From contig OZ024743.1 in the NCBI GenBank assembly GCA_964016885.1, positions 211,668,001 through 211,732,000 on the forward strand: a DNA stretch of 64,000 bases, written 5' to 3'. Shown one piece after another: positions 8,826 to 22,153 of the stretch (the stretch's first letter is position 1; the number at the start of each line of letters is the position of its first letter). The position numbers and the translations under genes were made by a program. Origin of the DNA: Eledone cirrhosa (taxonomy: Eukaryota). The notes under the pieces were generated by a model. That model ran no database searches. It was not told where the DNA came from and saw only the letters and a list, made by a program, of their open reading frames with translations.

Positions 8826-11589
8826 CATGTACCAGTAATTACAGATCGATCCGACCACGGGCGGCCGGCCCGCGATTGAAAAGGTAACTCCGCCGGCAAA
8901 TCGTCATTTTTGTGATTCGTTTTCTTCGAAGCACACCATTCGCCGCCGGACTTCAGCTGCCTCATTTAGCATGGGCAGTTTTTTTTTTAAATCACACCAC
9001 ACACAACCAATGTGTGTCTGCACATGTACCAGTAATTACAGATCGATCCCACCACGAGTTCAATGTAAACTAACTTACGCTCAACGACTTTGTTGACGTT
9101 TAACACGGTTTGGTTCCACAGCCACAACTATTGATTTTAAGGAGATATCTTGCTGAAATTCACGCCACACATAGCCAATGAGTGTCTGCACATGTCCCAG
9201 TAATTACAGATCGATCCGACCAGGGGCGGCCGGCCCGCGATTGAAAAGGTAACTCCGCCGGCAAATCGTCATTTTTGGATTCGTTTTCTTCGAAGCACAC
9301 CATTCGCCGGCGGACTTTGTTGAGGTTTAACACGGTTTGGTTCCACAGCCACAACTATTGATTTTAAGGAGATATCTTGCTGAAATTCACGCCACACATA
9401 GCCAATGAGTGTCTGCACATGTACCAGTAATTACAGATCGATCCGACCACGGGCGGCCGGCCCGCGATTGAAAAGGTAACTCCGCCGGCAAATCGTCATT
9501 TTTGTGATCCGTTTTCTTCGAAGCACACCATTCGCCGCCGGACTTCAGCTGCCTCATTTAGCATGGGCAGTTTTTTTTGAAAATCACACCACACACAACC
9601 AATGTGTGTCTGCACATGTACCAGTAATTACAGATCGATCCCACCACGGGCGGCCGGCCCACAATCGAAAAGGTTACTCCGCCTGCAAATCGTCATTTTC
9701 GGATTCGTTTTCTTCGAAGCACACCATTCGCCGGCGGACTTCAGCTGCCTCATTTAGCATGGGCAGTTTTTCTTGAAGATCACACCACACACGGCCAATG
9801 AGTGTCTGCACATGTACCAGTAATTAGAGATCGATCCGACCACGGGCGGCCGGCCCACGATCGAGAAAAAGGTAACTCCGCCGGCAAATCGTCATTTTTG
9901 TGATCCGTTTTCTTCGAAGCACACCATTCGCCGCCGGACTTCAGCTGCCTCATTTAGCATGGGCAGTTTTTTTTGAAAATCACACCACACACAACCAATG
10001 TGTGTCTGCACATGTACCAGTAATTACAGATCGATCCGACCACGGGCGGCCGGCCCGCGATTGAAAAGGTAACTCCGCCGGCAAATCGTCATTTTTGTGA
10101 TTCGTTTTCTTCGAAGCACACCATTCGCCGCCGGACTTCAGCTGCCTCATTTAGCATGGGCAGTTTTTTTTGAAAATCACACCACACACAACCAATGTGT
10201 GTCTGCACATGTACCAGTAATTACAGATCGATCCGACCACGGGCGGCCGGCCCGCGATTGAAAAGGTAACTCCGCCGGCAAATCGTCATTTTTGTGATTC
10301 GTTTTCTTCGAAGCACACCATTCGCCGCCGGACTTCAGCTGCCTCATTTAGCATGGGCAGTTTTTTTTTTAAATCACACCACACACAACCAATGTGTGTC
10401 TGCACATGTACCAGTAATTACAGATCGATCCCACCACGAGTTCAATGTAAACTAACTTACGCTCAACGACTTTGTTGACGTTTAACACGGTTTGGTTCCA
10501 CAGCCACAACTATTGATTTTAAGGAGATATCTTGCTGAAATTCACGCCACACATAGCCAATGAGTGTCTGCACATGTCCCAGTAATTACAGATCGATCCG
10601 ACCAGGGGCGGCCGGCCCGCGATTGAAAAGGTAACTCCGCCGGCAAATCGTCATTTTTGGATTCGTTTTCTTCGAAGCACACCATTCGCCGGCGGACTTT
10701 GTTGAGGTTTAACACGGTTTGGTTCCACAGCCACAACTATTGATTTTAAGGAGATATCTTGCTGAAATTCACGCCACACATAGCCAATGAGTGTCTGCAC
10801 ATGTACCAGTAATTACAGATCGATCCGACCACGGGCGGCCGGCCCGCGATTGAAAAGGTAACTCCGCCGGCAAATCGTCATTTTTGTGATCCGTTTTCTT
10901 CGAAGCACACCATTCGCCGCCGGACTTCAGCTGCCTCATTTAGCATGGGCAGTTTTTTTTGAAAATCACACCACACACAACCAATGTGTGTCTGCACATG
11001 TACCAGTAATTACAGATCGATCCCACCACGGGCGGCCGGCCCACAATCGAAAAGGTTACTCCGCCTGCAAATCGTCATTTTCGGATTCGTTTTCTTCGAA
11101 GCACACCATTCGCCGGCGGACTTCAGCTGCCTCATTTAGCATGGGCAGTTTTTCTTGAAGATCACACCACACACGGCCAATGAGTGTCTGCACATGTACC
11201 AGTAATTAGAGATCGATCCGACCACGGGCGGCCGGCCCACGATCGAGAAAAAGGTAACTCCGCCGGCAAATCGTCATTTTTGTGATCCGTTTTCTTCGAA
11301 GCACACCATTCGCCGCCGGACTTCAGCTGCCTCATTTAGGATGGGCAGTTTTTTTTGAAAATCACACCACACACAACCAATGTGTGTCTGCACATGTACC
11401 AGTAATTACAGATCGATCCGACCACGGGCGGCCGGCCCGCGATTGAAAAGGTAACTCCGCCGGCAAATCGTCATTTTTGTGATTCGTTTTCTTCGAAGCA
11501 CACCATTCGCCGCCGGACTTCAGCTGCCTCATTTAGCATGGGCAGTTTTTTTTTTAAATCACACCACACACAACCAATGTGTGTCTGCA
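8826..11589. repeat. 1382-bp 7-mer tandem duplication
   Basis: ORF offsets 9160->10542 and 9504->10886 are 1382. 'catgtcccag' was seen only at ~9191 and ~10573, and both copies carry 'gttgaggttt'. Confidence 0.85.
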
Positions 11590-14500
11590 CATGTACCAGT
11601 AATTACAGATCGATCCCACCACGAGTTCAATGAAAACTAACTTACGCTCAACGACTTTGTTGACGTTTAACACGGTTTGGTTCCACAGCCACAACTATTG
11701 ATTTTAAGGAGATATCTTGCTGAAATTCACGCCACACATAGCCAATGAGTGTCTGCACATGTACCAGTAATTACAGATCGATCCGACCAGGGGCGGCCGG
11801 CCCGCGATTGAAAAGGTAACTCCGCCGGCAAATCGTCATTTTTGGATTCGTTTTCTTCGAAGCACACCATTCGCCGGCGGACTTTGTTGACGTTTAACAC
11901 GGTTTGGTTCCACAGCCACAACTATTGATGTTAAGGAGATATCTTGCTGAAATTCACGCCACACATAGCCAATGAGTGTCTGCACATGTACCAGTAATTA
12001 CAGATCGATCCGACCACGGGCGGCCGGCCCGCGATTGAAAAGGTAACTCCGCCGGCAAATCGTCATTTTTGTGATCCGTTTTCTTCGAAGCACACCATTC
12101 GCCGGCGGACTTCAGCTGCCTCATTTAGCATGGGCAGTTTTTCTTGAAGATCACACCACACACAGCCAATGAGTGTCTGCACATGTACCAGTAATTACAG
12201 ATCGATCCCACCACGGGCGGCCGGCCCACAATCGAAAAGGTTACTCCGCCTGCAAATCGTCATTTTCGGATTCGTTTTCTTCGAAGCACACCATTCGCCG
12301 GCGGACTTCAGCTGCCTCATTTAGCATGGGCAGTTTTTCTTGAAGATCACACCACACACAGCCAATGAGTGTCTGCACATGTACCAGTAATTAGAGATCG
12401 ATCCGACCACGGGCGGCCGGCCCACGATCGAGAAAAAGGTAACTCCGCCGGCAAATCGTCATTTTTGTGATCCGTTTTCTTCGAAGCACACCATTCGCCG
12501 CCGGACTTCAGCTGCCTCATTTAGCATGGGCAGTTTTTTTTGAAAATCACACCACACACAACCAATGTGTGTCTGCACATGTACCAGTAATTACAGATCG
12601 ATCCGACCACGGGCGGCCGGCCCGCGATTGAAAAGGTAACTCCGCCGGCAAATCGTCATTTTTGTGATTCGTTTTCTTCGAAGCACACCATTCGCCGCCG
12701 GACTTCAGCTGCCTCATTTAGCATGGGCAGTTTTTTTTGAAAATCACACCACACACAACCAATGTGTGTCTGCACATGTACCAGTAATTACAGATCGATC
12801 CCACCACGGGCGGCCGGCCCACAATCGAAAAGGTTACTCCGCCTGCAAATCGTCATTTTCGGATTCGTTTTCTTCGAAGCACACCATTCGCCGGCGGACT
12901 TCAGCTGCCTCATTTAGCATGGGCAGTTTTTCTTGAAGATCACACCACACACAGCCAATGAGTGTCTGCACATGTACCAGTAATTAGAGATCGATCCGAC
13001 CACGGGCGGCCGGCCCACGATCGAGAAAAATGTAACTCCGCCGGCAAATCGTCATTTTTGTGATCCGTTTTCTTCGAAGCACACCATTCGCCGCCGGACT
13101 TCAGCTGCCTCATTTAGCATGGGCAGTTTTTTTTGAAAATCACACCACACACAACCAATGTGTGTCTGCACATGTACCAGTAATTACAGATCGATCCGAC
13201 CACGGGCGGCCGGCCCGCGATTGAAAAGGTAACTCCGCCGGCAAATCGTCATTTTTGTGATTCGTTTTCTTCGAAGCACACCATTCGCCGCCGGACTTCA
13301 GCTGCCTCATTTAGCATGGGCAGTTTTTTTTTTAAATCACACCACACACAACCAATGTGTGTCTGCACATGTACCAGTAATTACAGATCGATCCCACCAC
13401 GAGTTCAATGTAAACTAACTTACGCTCAACGACTTTGTTGACGTTTAACACGGTTTGGTTCCACAGCCACAACTATTGATTTTAAGGAGATATCTTGCTG
13501 AAATTCACGCCACACATAGCCAATGAGTGTCTGCACATGTACCAGTAATTACAGATCGATCCGACCAGGGGCGGCCGGCCCGCGATTGAAAAGGTAACTC
13601 CGCCGGCAAATCGTCATTTTTGGATTCGTTTTCTTCGAAGCACACCATTCGCCGGCGGACTTTGTTGAGGTTTAACACGGTTTGGTTCCACAGCCACAAC
13701 TATTGATTTTAAGGAGATATCTTGCTGAAATTCACGCCACACATAGCCAATGAGTGTCTGCACATGTACCAGTAATTACAGATCGATCCGACCACGGGCG
13801 GCCGGCCCGCGATTGAAAAGGTAACTCCGCCGGCAAATCGTCATTTTTGTGATCCGTTTTCTTCGAAGCACACCATTCGCCGCCGGACTTCAGCTGCCTC
13901 ATTTAGCATGGGCAGTTTTTTTTGAAAATCACACCACACACAACCAATGTGTGTCTGCACATGTACCAGTAATTACAGATCGATCCCACCACGGGCGGCC
14001 GGCCCACAATCGAAAAGGTTACTCCGCCTGCAAATCGTCATTTTCGGATTCGTTTTCTTCGAAGCACACCATTCGCCGGCGGACTTCAGCTGCCTCATTT
14101 AGCATGGGCAGTTTTTCTTGAAGATCACACCACACACGGCCAATGAGTGTCTGCACATGTACCAGTAATTAGAGATCGATCCGACCACGGGCGGCCGGCC
14201 CACGATCGAGAAAAAGGTAACTCCGCCGGCAAATCGTCATTTTTGTGATCCGTTTTCTTCGAAGCACACCATTCGCCGCCGGACTTCAGCTGCCTCATTT
14301 AGGATGGGCAGTTTTTTTTGAAAATCACACCACACACAACCAATGTGTGTCTGCACATGTACCAGTAATTACAGATCGATCCGACCACGGGCGGCCGGCC
14401 CGCGATTGAAAAGGTAACTCCGCCGGCAAATCGTCATTTTTGTGATTCGTTTTCTTCGAAGCACACCATTCGCCGCCGGACTTCAGCTGCCTCATTTAGC

Positions 14501-17500
14501 ATGGGCAGTTTTTTTTTTAAATCACACCACACACAACCAATGTGTGTCTGCACATGTACCAGTAATTACAGATCGATCCCACCACGAGTTCAATGTAAAC
14601 TAACTTACGCTCAACGACTTTGTTGACGTTTAACACGGTTTGGTTCCACAGCCACAACTATTGATTTTAAGGAGATATCTTGCTGAAATTCACGCCACAC
14701 ATAGCCAATGAGTGTCTGCACATGTACCAGTAATTACAGATCGATCCGACCAGGGGCGGCCGGCCCGCGATTGAAAAGGTAACTCCGCCGGCAAATCGTC
14801 ATTTTTGGATTCGTTTTCTTCGAAGCACACCATTCGCCGGCGGACTTTGTTGACGTTTAACACGGTTTGGTTCCACAGCCACAACTATTGATTTTAAGGA
14901 GATATCTTGCTGAAATTCACGCCACACATAGCCAATGAGTGTCTGCACATGTACCAGTAATTACAGATCGATCCGACCACGGGCGGCCGGCCCGCGATTG
15001 AAAAGGTAACTCCGCCGGCAAATCGTCATTTTTGTGATCCGTTTTCTTCGAAGCACACCATTCGCCGGCGGACTTCAGCTGCCTCATTTAGCATGGACAG
15101 TTTTTCTTGAAGATCACACCACACACAGCCAATGAGTGTCTGCACATGTACCAGTAATTAGAGATCGATCCGACCACGGGCGGCCGGCCCACGATCGAGA
15201 AAAAGGTAACTCCGCCGGCAAATCGTCATTTTTGTGATCCGTTTTCTTCGAAGCACACCATTCGCCGCCGGACTTCAGCTGCCTCATTTAGGATGGGCAG
15301 TTTTTTTTGAAAATCACACCACACACAACCAATGTGTGTCTGCACATGTACCAGTAATTACAGATCGATCCGACCACGGGCGGCCGGCCCGCGATTGAAA
15401 AGGTAACTCCGCCGGCAAATCGTCATTTTTGTGATTCGTTTTCTTCGAAGCACACCATTCGCCGCCGGACTTCAGCTGCCTCATTTATCATGGGCAGTTT
15501 TTTTTGAAAATCACACCACACACAACCAATGTGTGTCTGCACATGTACCAGTAATTACAGATCGATCCCACCACGAGTTCAATGTAAACTAACTTACGCT
15601 CAACGACTTTGTTGACGTTTAACACGGTTTGGTTCCACAGCCACAACTATTGATTTTAAGGAGATATCTTGCTGAAATTCACGCCACACATAGCCAATGA
15701 GTGTCTGCACATGTACCAGTAATTACAGATCGATCCGACCACGGGCGGCCGGCCCGCGATTGAAAAGGTAACTCCGCCGGCAAATCGTCATTTTTGTGAT
15801 CCGTTTTCTTCGAAGCACACCATTCGCCGCCGGACTTCAGCTGCCTCATTTAGCATGGGCAGTTTTTTTTGAAAATCACACCACACACAACCAATGTGTG
15901 TCTGCACATGTACCAGTAATTACAGATCGATCCCACCACGGGCGGCCGGCCCACAATCGAAAAGGTTACTCCGCCTGCAAATCGTCATTTTCGGATTCGT
16001 TTTCTTCGAAGCACACCATTCGCCGGCGGACTTCAGCTGCCTCATTTAGCATGGGCAGTTTTTCTTGAAGATCACACCACACACGGCCAATGAGTGTCTG
16101 CACATGTACCAGTAATTAGAGATCGATCCGACCACGGGCGGCCGGCCCACGATCGAGAAAAAGGTAACTCCGCCGGCAAATCGTCATTTTTGTGATCCGT
16201 TTTCTTCGAAGCACACCATTCGCCGCCGGACTTCAGCTGCCTCATTTAGCATGGGCAGTTTTTTTTGAAAATCACACCACACACAACCAATGTGTGTCTG
16301 CACATGTACCAGTAATTACAGATCGATCCGACCACGGGCGGCCGGCCCGCGATTGAAAAGGTAACTCCGCCGGCAAATCGTCATTTTTGTGATTCGTTTT
16401 CTTCGAAGCACACCATTCGCCGCCGGACTTCAGCTGCCTCATTTAGCATGGGCAGTTTTTTTTGAAAATCACACCACACACAACCAATGTGTGTCTGCAC
16501 ATGTACCAGTAATTACAGATCGATCCCACCACGAGTTCAATGTAAACAAACTTACGCTCAACGACTTTGTTGACGTTTAACACGGTTTGGTTCCACAGCC
16601 ACAACTATTGATTTTACGGAGATATCTTGCTGAAATTCACGCCACACATAGCCAATGAGTGTCTGCACATGTACCAGTAATTACAGATCGATCCGACCAG
16701 GGGCGGCCGGCCCGCGATTGAAAAGGTAACTCCGCCGGCAAATCGTCATTTTTGTGATTCGTTTTCTTCGAAGCACACCATTCGCCGGCGGACTTTGTTG
16801 ACGTTTAACACGGTTTGGTTCCACAGCCACAACTATTGATTTTAAGGAGATATCTTGCTGAAATTCACGCCACACATAGCCAATGAGTGTCTGCACATGT
16901 ACCAGTAATTACAGATGGATCCCACCACGGGCGGCCGGCCCGCGATTGAAAAGGTTACTCCGCCTGCAAATCGTCATTTTCGGATTCGTTTTCTTCGAAG
17001 CACACCATTCGCCGGCGGACTTCAGCTGCCTCATTTAGCATGGACAGTTTTTCTTGAAGATCACACCACACACAGCCAATGAGTGTCTGCACATGTACCA
17101 GTAATTAGAGATCGATCCGACCACGGGCGGCCGGCCCACGATCGAGAAAAAGGTAACTCCGCCGGCAAATCGTCATTTTTGTGATCCGTTTTCTTCGAAG
17201 CACACCATTCGCCGCCGGACTTCAGCTGCCTCATTTAGGATGGGCAGTTTTTTTTGAAAATCACACCACACACAACCAATGTGTGTCTGCACATGTACCA
17301 GTAATTACAGATCGATCCGACCACGGGCGGCCGGCCCGCGATTGAAAAGGTAACTCCGCCGGCAAATCGTCATTTTTGTGATTCGTTTTCTTCGAAGCAC
17401 ACCATTCGCCGCCGGACTTCAGCTGCCTCATTTATCATGGGCAGTTTTTTTTGAAAATCACACCACACACAACCAATGTGTGTCTGCACATGTACCAGTA

Positions 17501-17884
17501 ATTACAGATCGATCCCACCACGAGTTCAATGTAAACTAACTTACGCTCAACGACTTTGTTGACGTTTAACACGGTTTGGTTCCACAGCCACAACTATTGA
17601 TTTTAAGGAGATATCTTGCTGAAATTCACGCCACACATAGCCAATGAGTGTCTGCACATGTACCAGTAATTACAGATCGATCCGACCAGGGGCGGCCAGC
17701 CCGCGATTGAAAAGGTAACTCCGCCGGCAAATCGTCATTTTTGTGATTCGTTTTCTTCGAAGCACACCATTCGCCGGCGGACTTTGTTGACGTTTAACAC
17801 GGTTTGGTTCCACAGCCACAACTATTGATTTTAAGGAGATATATTGCTGAAATTCACGCCACACATAGCCAATGAGTGTCTGCA

Positions 17885-20800
17885 CATGTACCAGTAATTA
17901 CAGATCGATCCCACCACGGGCGGCCGGCCCACAATCGAAAAGGTTACTCCGCCTGCAAATCGTCATTTTCGGATTCGTTTTCTTCGAAGCACACCATTCG
18001 CCGGCGGACTTCAGCTGCCTCATTTAGCATGGGCAGTTTTTCTTGAAGATCACACCACACACAGCCAATGAGTGTCTGCACATGTACCAGTAATTAGAGA
18101 TCGATCCGACCACGGGCGGCCGGCCCACGATCGAGAAAAATGTAACTCCGCCGGCAAATCGTCATTTTTGTGATCCGTTTTCTTCGAAGCACACCATTCG
18201 CCGCCGGACTTCAGCTGCCTCATTTAGCATGGGCAGTTTTTTTTGAAAATCACACCACACACAACCAATGTGTGTCTAAACATGTACCAGTAATTACAGA
18301 TCGATCCGACCACGGGCGGCCGGCCCGCGATTGAAAAGGTAACTCCGCCGGCAAATCGTCATTTTTGTGATTCGTTTTCTTCGAAGCACACCATTCGCCG
18401 CCGGACTTCAGCTGCCTCATTTAGCATGGGCAGTTTTTTTTGAAAATCACACCACACACAACCAATGTGTGTCTGCACATGTACCAGTAATTACAGATCG
18501 ATCCCACCACGAGTTCAATGTAAACAAACTTACGCTCAACGACTTTGTTGACGTTTAACACGGTTTGGTTCCACAGCCACAACTATTGATTTTACGGAGA
18601 TATCTTGCTGAAATTCACGCCACACATAGCCAATGAGTGTCTGCACATGTACCAGTAATTACAGATCGATCCGACCAGGGGCGGCCAGCCCGCGATTGAA
18701 AAGGTAACTCCGCCGGCAAATCGTCATTTTTGTGATTCGTTTTCTTCGAAGCACACCATTCGCCGGCGGACTTTGTTGACGTTTAACACGGTTTGGTTCC
18801 ACAGCCACAACTATTGATTTTAAGGAGATATCTTGCTGAAATTCACGCCACACATAGCCAATGAGTGTCTGCACATGTACCAGTAATTACAGATGGATCC
18901 CACCACGGGCGGCCGGCCCGCGATTGAAAAGGTTACTCCGCCTGCAAATCGTCATTTTCGGATTCGTTTTCTTCGAAGCACACCATTCGCCGGCGGACTT
19001 TGTTGACGTTTAACACGGTTTGGTTCCACAGCCACAACTATTGATTTTAAGGAGATATCTTGCTGAAATTCACGCCACACATAGCCAATGAGTGTCTGCA
19101 CATGTACCAGTAATTACAGATGAATCCGACCAGGGGCGGCCGGCCCGCGATTGAAAAGGTAACTCCGCCGGCAAATCGTCATTTTTGGATTCGTTTTCTT
19201 CGAAGCACACCATTCGCCGGCGGACTTTGTTGACGTTTAACACGGTTTGGTTCCACAGCCACAACTATTGATTTTAAGGAGATATCTTGCTGAAATTCAC
19301 GCCACACATAGCCAATGAGTGTCTGCACATGTACCAGTAATTACAGATCGATCCGACCACGGGCGGCCGGCCCGCGATTGAAAAGGTAACTCCGCCGGCA
19401 AATCGTCATTTTTGTGATCCGTTTTCTTCGAAGCACACCATTCGCCGCCGGACTTCAGCTGCCTCATTTAGCATGGGCAGTTTTTTTTGAAAATCACACC
19501 ACACACAACCAATGTGTGTCTGCACATGTACCAGTAATTACAGATCGATCCCACCACGGGCGGCCGGCCCACAATCGAAAAGGTTACTCCGCCTGCAAAT
19601 CGTCATTTTCGGATTCGTTTTCTTCGAAGCACACCATTCGCCGGCGGACTTCAGCTGCCTCATTTAGCATGGGCAGTTTTTCTTGAAGATCACACCACAC
19701 ACAGCCAATGAGTGTCTGCACATGTACCAGTAATTAGAGATCGATCCGACCACGGGCGGCCGGCCCACGATCGAGAAAAATGTAACTCCGCCGGCAAATC
19801 GTCATTTTTGTGATCCGTTTTCTTCGAAGCACACCATTCGCCGCCGGACTTCAGCTGCCTCATTTAGCATGGGCAGTTTTTTTTGAAAATCACACCACAC
19901 ACAACCAATGTGTGTCTGCACATGTACCAGTAATTACAGATCGATCCCACCACGGGCGGCCGGCCCACAATCGAAAAGGTTACTCCGCCTGCAAATCGTC
20001 ATTTTCGGATTCGTTTTCTTCGAAGCACACCATTCGCCGGCGGACTTCAGCTGCCTCATTTAGCATGGGCAGTTTTTCTTGAAGATCACACCACACACAG
20101 CCAATGAGTGTCTGCACATGTACCAGTAATTAGAGATCGATCCGACCACGGGCGGCCGGCCCACGATCGAGAAAAATGTAACTCCGCCGGCAAATCGTCA
20201 TTTTTGTGATCCGTTTTCTTCGAAGCACACCATTCGCCGCCGGACTTCAGCTGCCTCATTTAGCATGGGCAGTTTTTTTTGAAAATCACACCACACACAA
20301 CCAATGTGTGTCTGCACATGTACCAGTAATTACAGATCGATCCGACCACGGGCGGCCGGCCCGCGATTGAAAAGGTAACTCCGCCGGCAAATCGTCATTT
20401 TTGTGATTCGTTTTCTTCGAAGCACACCATTCGCCGCCGGACTTCAGCTGCCTCATTTAGCATGGGCAGTTTTTTTTGAAAATCACACCACACACAACCA
20501 ATGTGTGTCTGCACATGTACCAGTAATTACAGATCGATCCCACCACGAGTTCAATGTAAACAAACTTACGCTCAACGACTTTGTTGACGTTTAACACGGT
20601 TTGGTTCCACAGCCACAACTATTGATTTTACGGAGATATCTTGCTGAAATTCACGCCACACATAGCCAATGAGTGTCTGCACATGTACCAGTAATTACAG
20701 ATCGATCCGACCAGGGGCGGCCAGCCAGCGATTGAAAAGGTAACTCCGCCGGCAAATCGTCATTTTTGTGATTCGTTTTCTTCGAAGCACACCATTCGCC

Positions 20801-21956
20801 GGCGGACTTTGTTGACGTTTAACACGGTTTGGTTCCACAGCCACAACTATTGATTTTAAGGAGATATCTTGCTGAAATTCACGCCACACATAGCCAATGA
20901 GTGTCTGCACATGTACCAGTAATTACAGATGGATCCCACCACGGGCGGCCGGCCCGCGATTGAAAAGGTTACTCCGCCTGCAAATCGTCATTTTCGGATT
21001 CGTTTTCTTCGAAGCACACCATTCGCCGGCGGACTTTGTTGACGTTTAACACGGTTTGGTTCCACAGCCACAACTATTGATTTTAAGGAGATATCTTGCT
21101 GAAATTCACGCCACACATAGCCAATGAGTGTCTGCACATGTACCAGTAATTACAGATGAATCCGACCAGGGGCGGCCGGCCCGCGATTGAAAAGGTAACT
21201 CCGCCGGCAAATCGTCATTTTTGGATTCGTTTTCTTCGAAGCACACCATTCGCCGGCGGACTTTGTTGACGTTTAACACGGTTTGGTTCCACAGCCACAA
21301 CTATTGATTTTAAGGAGATATCTTGCTGAAATTCACGCCACACATAGCCAATGAGTGTCTGCACATGTACCAGTAATTACAGATCGATCCGACCACGGGC
21401 GGCCGGCCCGCGATTGAAAAGGTAACTCCGCCGGCAAATCGTCATTTTTGTGTTCCGTTTTCTTCGAAGCACACCATTCGCCGCCGGACTTCAGCTGCCT
21501 CATTTAGCATGGGCAGTTTTTTTTGAAAATCACACCACACACAACCAATGTGTGTCTGCACATGTACCAGTAATTACAGATCGATCCCACCACGGGCGGC
21601 CGGCCCACAATCGAAAAGGTTACTCCGCCTGCAAATCGTCATTTTCGGATTCGTTTTCTTCGAAGCACACCATTCGCCGGCGGACTTCAGCTGCCTCATT
21701 TAGCATGGGCAGTTTTTCTTGAAGATCACACCACACACAGCCAATGAGTGTCTGCACATGTACCAGTAATTAGAGATCGATCCGACCACGGGCGGCCGGC
21801 CCACGATCGAGAAAAATGTAACTCCGCCGGCAAATCGTCATTTTTGTGATCCGTTTTCTTCGAAGCACACCATTCGCCGCCGGACTTCAGCTGCCTCATT
21901 TAGCATGGGCAGTTTTTTTTGAAAATCACACCACACACAACCAATGTGTGTCTGCA
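17885..21956. repeat. 2036-bp 10-mer tandem duplication containing a D2-left/R2 chimeric monomer
   Basis: ORF offsets 18367->20403, 18659->20695, 19070->21106 and 19414->21450 are all 2036. Both copies share 'gatgaatcc' and 'gagaaaaatgt'. Confidence 0.87.
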
Positions 21957-22153
21957 CATGTACCAGTAATTACAGATCGATCCGACCACGGGCGGCCGGC
22001 CCGCGATTGAAAAGGTAACTCCGCCGGCAAATCGTCATTTTTGTGATTCGTTTTCTTCGAAGCACACCATTCGCCGCCGGACTTCAGCTGCCTCATTTAG
22101 CATGGGCAGTTTTTTTTTTAAATCACACCACACACAACCAATGTGTGTCTGCA

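Noticed and set aside
18271-18290. Unique double substitution 'tctaaacatg' and other singletons (e.g. 'gtcggcac' ~608, 'ccgacacgggg' ~411, 'catgtagcag' ~39452)
   Set aside because: These single-copy changes cannot be told apart from private mutations or consensus errors and have no structural consequence.
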